DNA from: an uncultured Chloroflexia bacterium
Lineage (GTDB): Bacteria > Chloroflexota > Limnocylindria > Limnocylindrales > CSP1-4
Assembly: GCA_963831715.1 (NCBI GenBank)
Contig: CAWHRB010000001.1
Coordinates: 15,287 to 79,286, forward strand
Length of the DNA: 64,000 nucleotides
Reading direction: 5' to 3'
Within the stretch, counting starts at the first letter, position 1, and every line of letters begins with the position of its first letter. Positions 30,863 to 40,305 of the stretch are shown in pieces. A program made the translations under genes and the position numbers. The notes under the pieces were generated by a model that worked only from the letters and a program-made list of their open reading frames with translations, did not search any database and was not told the origin of the DNA.

Positions 30863-31592
30863 CGGCGCCGGCTCGTCCGGCCGCGGCCAGTTGTATGTCG
30901 GCACGAGCGGGTTCGCCTATCCCGGCTGGAGCCCGCGCTTCTACCCGAGAGGACTGAAGGGCGACGGCTTCCTCCGCCACTACGCATCTCGCTTGCCGGC
31001 GGTTGAACTCAACAACACGTTCTACCAATCGCCATCGCCGTCGAAGGTCGCGACCTGGCTAGACGCGACCCCGCCCGACTTCCGGTTCAGCGTCAAGGCG
31101 CAGCGGGGCGGTTCGTGGCGGGCGATGAGCGGGTCACCCGACGCCGGGCTGCCGTGGCTCACCGACCCCATCCGCACGTTCGGAGACAAGCTCGGGACCA
31201 TCCTGTTCCGCGTTCCGGACACGGCCAAGCGCGACGACGACCGACTCGCGGCGCTGCTGGAGGCGTGGCCCAGGGACTTGCCCCTGACCCTCGAGTTCAG
31301 GGACCCGAGCTGGGCCGTCGACGAGGTCACGACACTGTTACGCGATGCGGAGGCCGTGCTGTGCACCACCGAGGCGGCCGAAGACGAGGGGCCACCGACG
31401 CTCCGACGCACCGGCGCGTTCCTCTATCTCCGTCTCCGCCGACATGACTACGCCCCGGCCGAGGTCGCTGCGTGGCACGACCGGCTCGAGCCGTTCCTCG
31501 CGGCCGGTGACGACGCGTTCGTCTTCTTTCGTCACGACGAGACCGGTCGTGGCGCGGAGCTGGCACTCGAGCTCGGGGCGACCTTCGACTAG
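30828..31592 (+). CDS. DUF72 family protein
   Basis: YVGTSGF.Y..W...FYP, VELNNTFY, FSVKA, LEFR..SW, YLRLR; start uncertain (30828 or TTG 30891). Confidence 0.87.
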   Translation: MPARAAATPPTDGAGSSGRGQLYVGTSGFAYPGWSPRFYPRGLKGDGFLRHYASRLPAVELNNTFYQSPSPSKVATWLDATPPDFRFSVKAQRGGSWRAMSGSPDAGLPWLTDPIRTFGDKLGTILFRVPDTAKRDDDRLAALLEAWPRDLPLTLEFRDPSWAVDEVTTLLRDAEAVLCTTEAAEDEGPPTLRRTGAFLYLRLRRHDYAPAEVAAWHDRLEPFLAAGDDAFVFFRHDETGRGAELALELGATFD

Positions 31593-31921
31593 CGCTTGCC
31601 GCGCGAATACTCGGCCGGCCCGAACATCACGAGCAGGACGAGGCGCTCCTCGATGTCGAGGAAGCGATGGTCGACGCCGGCACCGACGAAGACGACCGAT
31701 CCGCTTCGGATGGGTCGCACCTCGCCACCGACCATGACGTCGGCGCGGCCGGACATCACCACGTACAGCTCGTCCTCCGTGTGGGGCGACTGCGGGTCGG
31801 TCGCACCTGCCTCGAGGACATACAGCCCACCCGACAGGTCCGGGACGGAGATGAACTCGTGGTAGAGGCGACCGCTCGCGGTCCGAGCGGACTCGAGCTC
31901 GTCAAGGTCCCATGCATCCAT
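31589..31921 (-). CDS. Cupin domain protein
   Basis: DPQSPHTEDELYVVMSG, VFVGAGVDHRF. Confidence 0.85.
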   Translation of the reverse strand: MDAWDLDELESARTASGRLYHEFISVPDLSGGLYVLEAGATDPQSPHTEDELYVVMSGRADVMVGGEVRPIRSGSVVFVGAGVDHRFLDIEERLVLLVMFGPAEYSRGKR

Positions 31922-32007
31922 CGTCCGAGCCTAGCTCCGGGCCGGCAGGGCCGGATGGCCAGACCCGCCTGACGACCCGTCAGGGCGATCCCGGATAGCA
32001 TCCGCCG

Positions 32008-33270
32008 ATGCGAACGGCGCTCGCCACGTGGTTGGTCGCGGTCGCCGTCGTCGGCGCCTGCGGGAACCCCACTCCGTCCTCCGCACCGGCCAGTGTGCCC
32101 GCGACAGCCAGCCCCTCGGCAGCGGCAGTCCCGAGCAGCGCGGCACCACCTCCGAGCCCCGCGCCATCCGGTGGACCAGCCTTCGGCGAGCCGCCCCGGC
32201 TGTCGATCGAACCGGTCATCGACTCACTCACGGCTCCGGTCGACATCGCGTGGCGACCCGGCGACCCGGAGTCGCTGTTCATCGTCGAACAGGTCGGTCG
32301 TGTCCGCATCTTCCGCGACGGTCGGCTGATCGAGCGGCCGTTCCTCGACGTGGGCGGGCTGGTCCAGGCCGGCGGGGAGCAGGGGCTGCTTGGCCTGGCG
32401 TTCCTGCCCAGCGGCGAGGCGGGCCGCTTCTTCGTCTACTACACTGATGCTGAGGGCCAACAGGTCGTCGCCTCGTACGACACCGATCCAGGCGATCCCG
32501 ACGTCGCCGTCCCGGGCACCGCCACGATCTGGCTTCGGATGGCGGATCAGTTCGGCAACCACAACGGTGGCTCGCTGGCGTTCGGACCGGACGGCTATCT
32601 CTACATCGGTACGGGCGATGGCGGCGGCGCGGGCGACCCTCTCGACTCCGGGCGGCATCTCGACACGCTCCTTGCCAAGGTCCTCCGGATCGACGTGGCC
32701 GGCGCTCCAGCCGACGGCGATCCGCGCTATGGCATCCCGCCGGACAATCCGTTCGCCGCGACCGCCGGGGCGCGCCCCGAGATCTGGCTGACGGGGTTGC
32801 GCAACCCGTGGCGGATCCGGTTCGATCGCGCGACCGGCGACCTGTGGATCGGCGACGTCGGGCAGGGCGAGCGCGAGGAGATCGACGTCGCGCGGGCCGG
32901 GGTCGGTGGCCTCGACTACGGCTGGAACCTCATGGAGGGCACCGCATGCTTCCGGTCGGCCGACTGCGATTCGACCGGCCTCACGCTGCCGGTCACGGAG
33001 TACGACCACGATCTGGGCTGCTCCGTCACGGGCGGGACGGTGTACCGCGGCGAGGGCAGTCCGGCGCTCCAGGGCTGGTACGTCTTCTCCGACTACTGCT
33101 CGGGCGAGTTCTGGGCGATCGACAACGCACGCGACGGGACAGAGCAGCCGGCGATCGTCGCCGAGACGGATCTGTCAATCAGCGCGATCGCCGAGGATGC
33201 CGCGGGAGAGCTCTACGCGACCGACCTGTCGACCGGACTGCTGCTCAGGGTTACCGCCGCCGGCAGCTGA
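32008..33270 (+). CDS. PQQ-dependent glucose/sorbosone dehydrogenase-family lipoprotein
   Basis: Lipobox VGAC; EQGLLGLAF, NHNGG.L.FGPDGYLYI.TGDGG, GLRNPWR, GDVGQ...EEI. Confidence 0.9.
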   Translation: MRTALATWLVAVAVVGACGNPTPSSAPASVPATASPSAAAVPSSAAPPPSPAPSGGPAFGEPPRLSIEPVIDSLTAPVDIAWRPGDPESLFIVEQVGRVRIFRDGRLIERPFLDVGGLVQAGGEQGLLGLAFLPSGEAGRFFVYYTDAEGQQVVASYDTDPGDPDVAVPGTATIWLRMADQFGNHNGGSLAFGPDGYLYIGTGDGGGAGDPLDSGRHLDTLLAKVLRIDVAGAPADGDPRYGIPPDNPFAATAGARPEIWLTGLRNPWRIRFDRATGDLWIGDVGQGEREEIDVARAGVGGLDYGWNLMEGTACFRSADCDSTGLTLPVTEYDHDLGCSVTGGTVYRGEGSPALQGWYVFSDYCSGEFWAIDNARDGTEQPAIVAETDLSISAIAEDAAGELYATDLSTGLLLRVTAAGS

Positions 33271-33276
33271 TCAAGG

Positions 33277-33924
33277 CTAGCGGGCGCGATAGGTCACGGT
33301 CACCGTTACCGCCACCTCGAGCGTGCCGCCCTCGACCGGGGTCGACACGTCGGCGGCCATGGCCATCCGCTCGGCCTTCGGGAAGGGTCCGGGCGGGCGG
33401 GGCGGACCGCCTTCCAGGATGTCGGTCACGCCCTGGATGGTCAGGCCCGCGGCCTCGGCAAGGACGTCGGCGCGGGCCCGCGCCTCGGCCATCGCGGCGA
33501 CCCTCGCCTCCCGTTCCGGCAGCGCCGGGTCCGAGACACGGAACGTCAGGCCATCCATGCTCGTCGCGCCAGCCGCCAGTGCGGCGTCGACCACGGCCCC
33601 GAGTGTGGCGAGATCACGAACCGTGACCTCGACGATGTTCGCGACCTCATAGCCGGTCAGTGTCGGCGCGCGGCCGTCGCGGTAGTCGAAGCGCGGTTGC
33701 ACGGAGAGCAGCGAGGTCCGCACGTCGGGGTGGGCGACACCAGCGCTTTCGACGGCAGAGAGGATGGCGTCCATCAGGACGCCCGCCTGGGCCCGGGCCG
33801 CTTCGACCGAGGGCTTGGCGACCGTGACGCCCAGGCGCAGGTCGGCGACGTCGGGCTCGACCGCGATGCGACCTGTGCCGCTAACGACGATCGTGCCGGC
33901 GGCCGACGTCCTAGGTGCTGTCAT
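33277..33924 (-). CDS. SIMPL domain protein (DUF541)
   Basis: RBS GGAGG; VSGTG...PDVA.L.LGV, VQPRFDY, GY.V.N.VEV, AR.AAM.EARARA..LA. Confidence 0.87.
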   Translation of the reverse strand: MTAPRTSAAGTIVVSGTGRIAVEPDVADLRLGVTVAKPSVEAARAQAGVLMDAILSAVESAGVAHPDVRTSLLSVQPRFDYRDGRAPTLTGYEVANIVEVTVRDLATLGAVVDAALAAGATSMDGLTFRVSDPALPEREARVAAMAEARARADVLAEAAGLTIQGVTDILEGGPPRPPGPFPKAERMAMAADVSTPVEGGTLEVAVTVTVTYRAR

Positions 33925-34212
33925 GGTCAGGCCTCCATTCCGGACGGGCCTAGGATGGTAGCGGCAGACCGAGGTCGGGTGGTCTGAGGTGGTGCGTCGA
34001 CGCGCCACCAGCGAGGAGTGGCCTGGCCGGCCGCTGGGCCGCGGCCCGCCTTTGTGACGCTGTTGCAATCCCGCGCCGTTGCCACGCCACCGCGTCGCAA
34101 TCCCATCGGTAGTGCACTCCGCCTGCCGGACGCGAAGCCAGGGCAGGCTGGGTGCTGGTCTCTGCGCGACATCCCGCGCACCCGTCATCCGCCCCGAACA
34201 GGACGAGGTGCC

Positions 34213-36243
34213 GTGACCGCTCTACCGCCGATCGCCGCGACCGACCTTCCGACCCGCGGTGACACGCTCCTGGACCGGGATGACGTGGCGCTTGCCTCGT
34301 TCCTGGCCGATGCCGGGCGGATCCTCGGGTCCTCGCTCGACAGCACGGCGACGCTTCGCCAGATCGCCGACCTGATCGTTCCGGGCGTCGCCGATTGGTG
34401 CGCCATCGACATGCTCGATGCTGACGGTCGGCTGCTGCCACTCGCACTTGCCCACCGCGACTCGGAGCGGATCCGTCTCGTCGAGGAGCTTCGGACCAGG
34501 TACCCGGCCGACCCGGATGCCGCTGTCGGGACCTACGCGGTCGCGCGGACGGGCCAGGCCATGGTGATCCCAGTGATCGACGAAGCGACGATCGCGGCGT
34601 CGGTCCGCGACGACGACCACCGGGAGCTGATCCGGCGATTGCAGCTCCACTCGTGGATGTGTGCTCCGATGACCGTCGCCGGGAGAGTGCTGGGCACGAT
34701 CGGGTTCGCCGCCGCGGAAAGCGGTCGGACGTTCGAGTCGCGCCACGTCGCGTTCGCCGTCGACCTCGCGGCGCGGGCCGGTGCCGCCATCGAGAATGCC
34801 CGGGCATTCCAGACGGCCGACCGCTTCCGGCAGATCCTCGACGCGGTCGCGGAGGCCGTCTTCGTCCTCGAGCCAGCGACTGAGATCATCCAGGGCACCA
34901 ATCACGGCGCCAGCGTCCTGCTGGGGCGGTCCGCCCGCGAGCTCGTCGGCCGCCGCCTCTCGGACCTCGTCGAAGAGGGCGAGGACGACCTGTCACGGAT
35001 CATCCGCGCGGTCAGGGACGGTCGTACGGAGGCGCGCACGATCCCACTCAGCTTCCTCCGCGATGGTGCGCCATCGGTGCCGGCGGAGGTCCTCCTCCAA
35101 CGGGTCGACCTGCCGGGCGAACCGCCGACGACCGTCGCGATCGCCCGCGACGTCAGCGAGCGACACGAGGTGCAGGGCCGGCTCCGACGACTCGCGGAGG
35201 CGGAGCACGCTCGGGCGGCAGAGCTCAACGCGGTCATCCGGGCGATGGGCGATGGCGTCATCGTGTGTGGCCCGGACGGCAAGACGATCCTCGCCAACCC
35301 GGCCGGACAGGCGATGTTCCCCGGTGGGGCCGAGACGAGCTATGCCAGCATCCTGTCCCGTTTGCACGATCCGGGCGGCGACGCTCCGCCATTGGGCACC
35401 CACGCCGGGCCGGTTGTCCTTCGGACGCGCGCGGAGCCGGAGCGCTGGATCGAGGTTGCGACGTATCCCGTCGTCGACCGGACCAGCGAGGGCGAGCCTG
35501 GCGGGGAGACGATACTCGTCCTCCGCGATGTGACCGAGCAGCGGCAGCGTGAAGCCGTCCGCGAGACGTTCATCGGCGTGTTGTCGCACGAGTTGCGAAC
35601 GCCGGTAACGACGATCTTCGGCGGCGCGCGTGTCCTGGCGCGAGAGGACAGCGGCCTCGACGAGGCGACCCGACGCGAGATCCTGGTCGACGTGGCCGAG
35701 GAGGCCGAGCGGCTCAAGCGACTCGTCGAGGATGTGGTCGCGTTGAACCGTTTCGGCGAGAGCGAGGGCGACCTCGGGCGCGAACCCGTCCTCCTCCAGC
35801 GCATCGTGCCGAATGTCGTCGCCTCGGAGGAGGAGCGCTGGCCGGGTGTCTCCTTCACGCTCGAGATGGCCCCTGGCCTACCGACCGTGGTCGCCGACCC
35901 GACGTATCTCGAGCAGGTGATCAGGAATCTGCTCGCCAACGCCGCGAAGTACGGTGGTCCGGGCGCGGCCGTGGAGGTCGTGGTCGAGTACGACACGGTC
36001 GCCGACGAGGTCGCGGTGTGCGTCCGCGACGATGGACCGGGCATCGAGCTGCAAGAAGCCGAGCGGCTGTTCGACCTCTTCTACCGCTCCCCGAATACCG
36101 CGACGGCCACGACCGGGGCCGGGATCGGGTTGTTCGTCTGTGCGCGGCTGGTCCGCGCGATGGGCGGGCGGGTCTGGGCGAGGCCGCTGCCCGCAGGCGG
36201 TGCCGAGTTCGCCTTCGCGCTCCGCGTGATGTCCGACGACTGA
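34213..36243 (+). CDS. Cytoplasmic sensor histidine kinase (GAF-PAS-PAS-HisKA-HATPase)
   Basis: LGSSLD..ATL...VP..ADWC (GAF), SHELRTP, RNLLANAAKY, DDGPGI, GAGIGLFVC; no TM helix. Confidence 0.92.
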   Translation: MTALPPIAATDLPTRGDTLLDRDDVALASFLADAGRILGSSLDSTATLRQIADLIVPGVADWCAIDMLDADGRLLPLALAHRDSERIRLVEELRTRYPADPDAAVGTYAVARTGQAMVIPVIDEATIAASVRDDDHRELIRRLQLHSWMCAPMTVAGRVLGTIGFAAAESGRTFESRHVAFAVDLAARAGAAIENARAFQTADRFRQILDAVAEAVFVLEPATEIIQGTNHGASVLLGRSARELVGRRLSDLVEEGEDDLSRIIRAVRDGRTEARTIPLSFLRDGAPSVPAEVLLQRVDLPGEPPTTVAIARDVSERHEVQGRLRRLAEAEHARAAELNAVIRAMGDGVIVCGPDGKTILANPAGQAMFPGGAETSYASILSRLHDPGGDAPPLGTHAGPVVLRTRAEPERWIEVATYPVVDRTSEGEPGGETILVLRDVTEQRQREAVRETFIGVLSHELRTPVTTIFGGARVLAREDSGLDEATRREILVDVAEEAERLKRLVEDVVALNRFGESEGDLGREPVLLQRIVPNVVASEEERWPGVSFTLEMAPGLPTVVADPTYLEQVIRNLLANAAKYGGPGAAVEVVVEYDTVADEVAVCVRDDGPGIELQEAERLFDLFYRSPNTATATTGAGIGLFVCARLVRAMGGRVWARPLPAGGAEFAFALRVMSDD

Positions 36244-36246
36244 CGG

Positions 36247-37221
36247 CTAGAGCCAGCGCCGCCAGTGGGCGACGCCGACGATCCCGACGGCAAGCCCCAC
36301 CATGCCGCCGATCACCAGCAGGAAGTTCGAGGCCTCGTCGAAGAACCCGAGCTTGAAGTTCATGCCCATGACCCCGGCCAGGACGACCGCGGGCAGCAGG
36401 ACGGCCGACAGCAGCGTCAACGTCCGCATCACGTCGTTGGCGCGCTGGGACACCCTACCCATGTGGATGTCGAACGTGCCCAAGAGGCTGTCGCGCAGTC
36501 CCTCGACAGCGGACATCGCCGCCTCGAGTCGGTCGACCAGCCCGGGCCACGGCTTGCCGATCGTCTCCTCGATGCCCATCCTCGGCAGACCGAGCGTCGA
36601 GAAGGCGTCGCGGTGAGGCGCCAGCGTCCGCCGCACCAGCGCGATCCTGTGGCGGAGACCGACGATCGCGTCCAGGACGTCGTCGCCCTCTTGACCGTCA
36701 AGGGCACGCTGGTCGAGCTCGTCGATCTCGCGCTCGATGGATTCGACCAGCAGGAAGTAGCCCACCAACACCTCGTCGACGAGCGCCGAGACAAGATCGC
36801 CGGCCGTCAGCACGCCGAGGTCGGTCTCGCCGTCCAGGCCGTCTCGGAAGCGTTGGAGTGCCTCCACATCGGCGTCGTGGACCGTCAACACGACGTTCTT
36901 GCCGGCCAGCAGGTCGATCTCGCGTCGCTCGAGTCGAGGGGACGCCTCCTCGGCAGGCTCCATCGCCTGGAGCGTGATGTGAAGCAGGTCCGCGGTCCGC
37001 GTGAGTCGCGCGCGACCATCGTCCGCGATCAGCCGCTCGATATCGGCGTCGCGTAGACCGAGCAGCTCGAGGGTGTCGGTGAGTTCCTGCCGGTGCGCGC
37101 GGCTGTCAATATCGACCCACAGCAGCCTCTTGGCGCCGAGTGAGCGGACGACCTCCGTGGTCAGCTCGACGCGAGAATCGCGTGCGTCGGCATCGAAGAG
37201 ACGGGCGGTGACGCCGCTCAG
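36247..37221 (-). CDS. corA: CorA-family Mg2+/Co2+ transporter
   Basis: GMN signature (GVMGMNF), NDVMRTLT, two C-terminal TMs; the frame stays open with LLWVDI up to a CTG at 37221 (first ATG at 36963). Confidence 0.8.
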   Translation of the reverse strand: MSGVTARLFDADARDSRVELTTEVVRSLGAKRLLWVDIDSRAHRQELTDTLELLGLRDADIERLIADDGRARLTRTADLLHITLQAMEPAEEASPRLERREIDLLAGKNVVLTVHDADVEALQRFRDGLDGETDLGVLTAGDLVSALVDEVLVGYFLLVESIEREIDELDQRALDGQEGDDVLDAIVGLRHRIALVRRTLAPHRDAFSTLGLPRMGIEETIGKPWPGLVDRLEAAMSAVEGLRDSLLGTFDIHMGRVSQRANDVMRTLTLLSAVLLPAVVLAGVMGMNFKLGFFDEASNFLLVIGGMVGLAVGIVGVAHWRRWL

Positions 37222-37313
37222 TGCACGAAGCTCAGCAGGCCCGCAGCGGCCACGGCGACGAAGGCGACGAGGTACTGCAGCGCGAGCATCGTCCGGTCAT
37301 GGACTGGCTCCAT
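37218..37313 (-). CDS. Small single-TM peptide (about 31 aa)
   Basis: MEPVHDRTMLALQYLVAFVAVAAAGLLSFVH; its stop overlaps the putative corA CTG. Confidence 0.45.
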   Translation of the reverse strand: MEPVHDRTMLALQYLVAFVAVAAAGLLSFVH

Positions 37314-37664
37314 GTCCCACGACGCGCTCGGACCGGGAGCGGGATCGATCAGCATCGATGTCGGGCCCTCGTACGGTGATCGTGGTCGACTGCATCGTGC
37401 TGGTCGCCACCATGCGACGAGATCGGACGGCGGAGCGTTGCGCATCGCGTCCGCATGACAACGCCATCATCGTGGGGCGTGCACGCACCACCGTGCCAGG
37501 TGATGTCGGCATCACTCGGAATGCGAGCCGCCTGCAAGGCGATCGGCGAGGTCGCTGGCATCCCCGATGCGCGCTGCGCCGTACCGTCGACACGGCCCAA
37601 GATGGATGGCCGCCCGGTGACGCCCTCGTCTCGGCCGCGCCGGACCTTCCCAGGAGGTACCCCG

Positions 37665-37820
37665 ATGCTCAAGCGACTTCTTCTGTTGGTTGCCCTAGGG
37701 GCCGCGCTGGCGGCCTGCTCGCCGTCCGGTAGTGCGAGCTCGCCGGGGGCGGAAACCCTCGCGCCGGTCGACTCCGGTCTCGAGAGCGTGATGCCGAGCG
37801 AGTCGGCCTCGCCGTCCTGA
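37665..37820 (+). CDS. Small lipoprotein (51 aa)
   Basis: RBS AGGAGG; MLKRLLLLVALGAALAAC lipobox; Ser/Pro-rich tail. Confidence 0.7.
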   Translation: MLKRLLLLVALGAALAACSPSGSASSPGAETLAPVDSGLESVMPSESASPS

Positions 37821-37835
37821 TCGACGTCAGCCACC

Positions 37836-37864
37836 GACGCCGGACCCGCAGCGGGTCCGGCGTC
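37836..37864 (+). terminator. Hairpin terminator
   Basis: GACGCCGGACCCGC/GCGGGTCCGGCGTC inverted repeat directly after the lipoprotein gene. Confidence 0.6.
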
Positions 37865-38034
37865 TTCGTGTCCGGACCCAGGATGACAAGATTCCCTCAC
37901 CGGATTCATGCCGTTGTTACGCGCCGGCCCCGGTCCGTTGTCCGAAGACCTCGTGACGACGGCGACAGTGGCGCCGAACCCGATACGGGCCCTACCCCCA
38001 GCAAAGCGGGTGAGAAGCCCGCATTGGGAAGGAG

Positions 38035-38322
38035 ATGGATGTGAGCATCATCGCGTGGATCGTGCTCGGTGCAATCGCCGGGTACTTGGCCGGTTTCCTC
38101 GTCAAGGGTGACGAGGGGCTCGGCATCATCGGGCACATCGTGCTTGGCATCGTCGGCGCGCTCGTCGGCGGCTTCCTCGCCGGGGCCCTGTTCAGCACCG
38201 ACCCGATCAACGGGGCGCTGGACATCAGTTCCATCGTCGTCGCGACGATCGGTGCCGTCATCACGGTCGTGGTCGTGAACGCCGTGATGGGCAGGAGCCG
38301 CGTCGGTCGCGGACCTATCTGA
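38035..38322 (+). CDS. GlsB/YeaQ/YmgE-family stress response membrane protein
   Basis: IIAWIVLGAIAGYLA, GIIG.IVLGIVGALVGG, SIVVATIGAVI. Confidence 0.9.
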   Translation: MDVSIIAWIVLGAIAGYLAGFLVKGDEGLGIIGHIVLGIVGALVGGFLAGALFSTDPINGALDISSIVVATIGAVITVVVVNAVMGRSRVGRGPI

Positions 38323-38360
38323 GCCCGGTCCGGGCCGGCGGCCCGGACGCCTGACATGTG

Positions 38361-38390
38361 ACGGAGCCCACCTCGGCAGGTGGGCTCCGT
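38361..38390 (+). terminator. Intrinsic terminator
   Basis: 13-bp stem ACGGAGCCCACCT/AGGTGGGCTCCGT followed by TGCGTTTCT. Confidence 0.65.
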
Positions 38391-38423
38391 TGCGTTTCTG
38401 CCACCCGCAGGAGGAGTCACCGG

Positions 38424-38900
38424 ATGTCGAGGATCGTCGAATCCATCGATGTGGACGATCCGGTCCGCACCGCATACGACCAATGGACCCAGTTCGAGGA
38501 ATTCCCGCGCTTCATGGGAGGCGTGAAGCAGGTCCGCCAGCTCGACGACACGACGCTCGAATGGACGGCCGAGATCAAGGGTGTGGAGCGATCGTGGCGG
38601 GCCGAGATCACCGAGCAGGAGCCGGACAGCGTCATCGGTTGGCGGTCCACGAGCGGTGCGCGAAACGACGGGCACGTCACATTCGAGCCGCTCGGCGAAA
38701 ATCGCACGAGAGTCACGCTCCAGCTCGACGTCGAGCCGGAGGATCCGGTCGAGAGGGCCGGGGACGCCCTGGGCTTCGTCGCGCGTCAGGTGGAGGCGGA
38801 CCTGCGCAGGTTCAAGGAGGTCATCGAGTCGCGCGGTACGCCGACAGGTGGCTGGCGGGGCGAGGTCGAGGGCGGCCAGAAGGTGAACAGCGGCCGCTGA
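38424..38900 (+). CDS. SRPBCC/polyketide cyclase-dehydrase family protein
   Basis: RBS GGAGGAG; AYDQWTQFEEFPRFM.GV, W.AEITEQ.PD, DL.RFKE.IE.RG..TGGWRG. Confidence 0.9.
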   Translation: MSRIVESIDVDDPVRTAYDQWTQFEEFPRFMGGVKQVRQLDDTTLEWTAEIKGVERSWRAEITEQEPDSVIGWRSTSGARNDGHVTFEPLGENRTRVTLQLDVEPEDPVERAGDALGFVARQVEADLRRFKEVIESRGTPTGGWRGEVEGGQKVNSGR

Positions 38901-39041
38901 GCCGCGAGGCCCATGCAAGGACCCGCAGGCCGAAGGCACGGACGACCGTGACGCCCTTCGGCCCACGCTGGGCATGTGGCTCCTGTACCACTGGGGGTCC
39001 GGGAGCCACACCTACCGCCACCGCCAGGAGGACGACCCGGG

Positions 39042-39341
39042 ATGGACCTACCCGCCATCGAGCAGTCACAGCAGACGCACCGCGCGCTGTTCGCGTGGTT
39101 CTCGAGCCCGCGGGTCGCGGTCCGGACCGCCGTCCGCCTCGGCGACACCGTACCGGGCGCACGCGTCTGCATCTGTCGGTCGGAGGATCACGGCGCCGAG
39201 GGGCCGGTCGTAGCGCTGAGTGCTCAGATCCCGTGGTCGTCGTCGACCATGGTGACGCGCCAGCTCAGCGGTATCGGAGTCGCCGTCCTATGGGATGCCG
39301 GGGACGTCGTCGACGAGCTAACAGCACGGCAGGCGGTATGA
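39042..39341 (+). CDS. Hypothetical protein
   Basis: AGGAGG 10 nt upstream of the ATG; fills the gap; no known motif. Confidence 0.4.
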   Translation: MDLPAIEQSQQTHRALFAWFSSPRVAVRTAVRLGDTVPGARVCICRSEDHGAEGPVVALSAQIPWSSSTMVTRQLSGIGVAVLWDAGDVVDELTARQAV

Positions 39342-39545
39342 GCGGCTTGTCATGCGTCTGTAATGTCCCGAGCCTGCGACATGGCAGTCACGGGACACGC
39401 GCTGGCCTACGGTCACGCCAACGACAGATCACCACAAGGCGGGCGCTTGTGACGGGGCGCACCTCCTTTAGCACGGACGGTTCGGGTCCCCTCCCCGGGC
39501 CGTCCGTCGCCTTTCTCTACCGCACAGCAACCGACCGGGGAGGTC

Positions 39546-39908
39546 ATGAAGATGAGCGCAACGACATCTGGCCGCGGGGACGCCGCGACGACGACGGATA
39601 GCGATCCGGTGGAACGCCTGGCATCGACTGCCCGCCAAGCGGCCGATTCGGTCGGCGGCGTGGCCGGCGAGGTCGCAGCGCGCCTGCCCGACGCCGCCAA
39701 CACGACCCGGGACGCATTCGATGAGGCGAACCGCCTGGTTCGTGCCGGTTCGGACCAGACGCTGAAGGTCGTGGGCGCTGCGTCATGCGCATTCGCCGCA
39801 GGCTTGCTGTTCGGTGGCGCCAATCGGTTCCTGGTGATCGCCGCCCTCGTGCCTGCCGCACTTGTCGGCTCGGAATACGTCCAGCGCCAGTCGTCGGCGA
39901 AGAAGTAG
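39546..39908 (+). CDS. Hypothetical protein with Ala-rich helix and C-terminal hydrophobic hairpin
   Basis: RBS GGGGAGGT; architecture reminiscent of tail-anchored ElaB/YqjD-type stress proteins. Confidence 0.65.
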   Translation: MKMSATTSGRGDAATTTDSDPVERLASTARQAADSVGGVAGEVAARLPDAANTTRDAFDEANRLVRAGSDQTLKVVGAASCAFAAGLLFGGANRFLVIAALVPAALVGSEYVQRQSSAKK

Positions 39909-40018
39909 CGCAACGGCGCTGATACCAGACGGCCTCCGCGATTGGGCAGCCCGCAACATGGCGGGCCGTACGTTCGATCCGACCCGCGACTGCGGGCGGC
40001 GAAGGAGGTATCGAGCTG

Positions 40019-40222
40019 ATGGACGACGTGAAGCGCACGCTGCGCGAAACCGAGGACGAAGCCAAGGAACAGGCTCGCCGCGCTGACGGTGAGGAGAGCC
40101 TGTCCGACAAGGCCGCCAACCTTGGCGACGACATCCAGACGGGTCTGGCCAATGCCGGCGACAAGGTGGACGAGGAGGTCGATCGCGCCAAGTTCCGCAA
40201 GGAGCACGGCGACGACGTCTGA
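40019..40222 (+). CDS. Small hydrophilic (CsbD/LEA-like) protein
   Basis: RBS AAGGAGG; 67 aa rich in D/E/K/A. Confidence 0.65.
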   Translation: MDDVKRTLRETEDEAKEQARRADGEESLSDKAANLGDDIQTGLANAGDKVDEEVDRAKFRKEHGDDV

Positions 40223-40245
40223 TCGACGACCCTGACCCAGACAGC

Positions 40246-40278
40246 GACGAAGCCCCGGTCCTCGGCCGGGGCTTCGTC
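40246..40278. terminator. Bidirectional terminator hairpin
   Basis: 13-bp stem GACGAAGCCCCGG/CCGGGGCTTCGTC between convergent genes. Confidence 0.7.
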
Positions 40279-40305
40279 ACGTCCGAGGACCTCCCTCCGC
40301 CTCGC

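Noticed and set aside
34195-34225. Guanidine-III riboswitch-like GGACGAGGTG string
   Set aside because: The downstream conserved elements are missing; the string is simply the kinase RBS.
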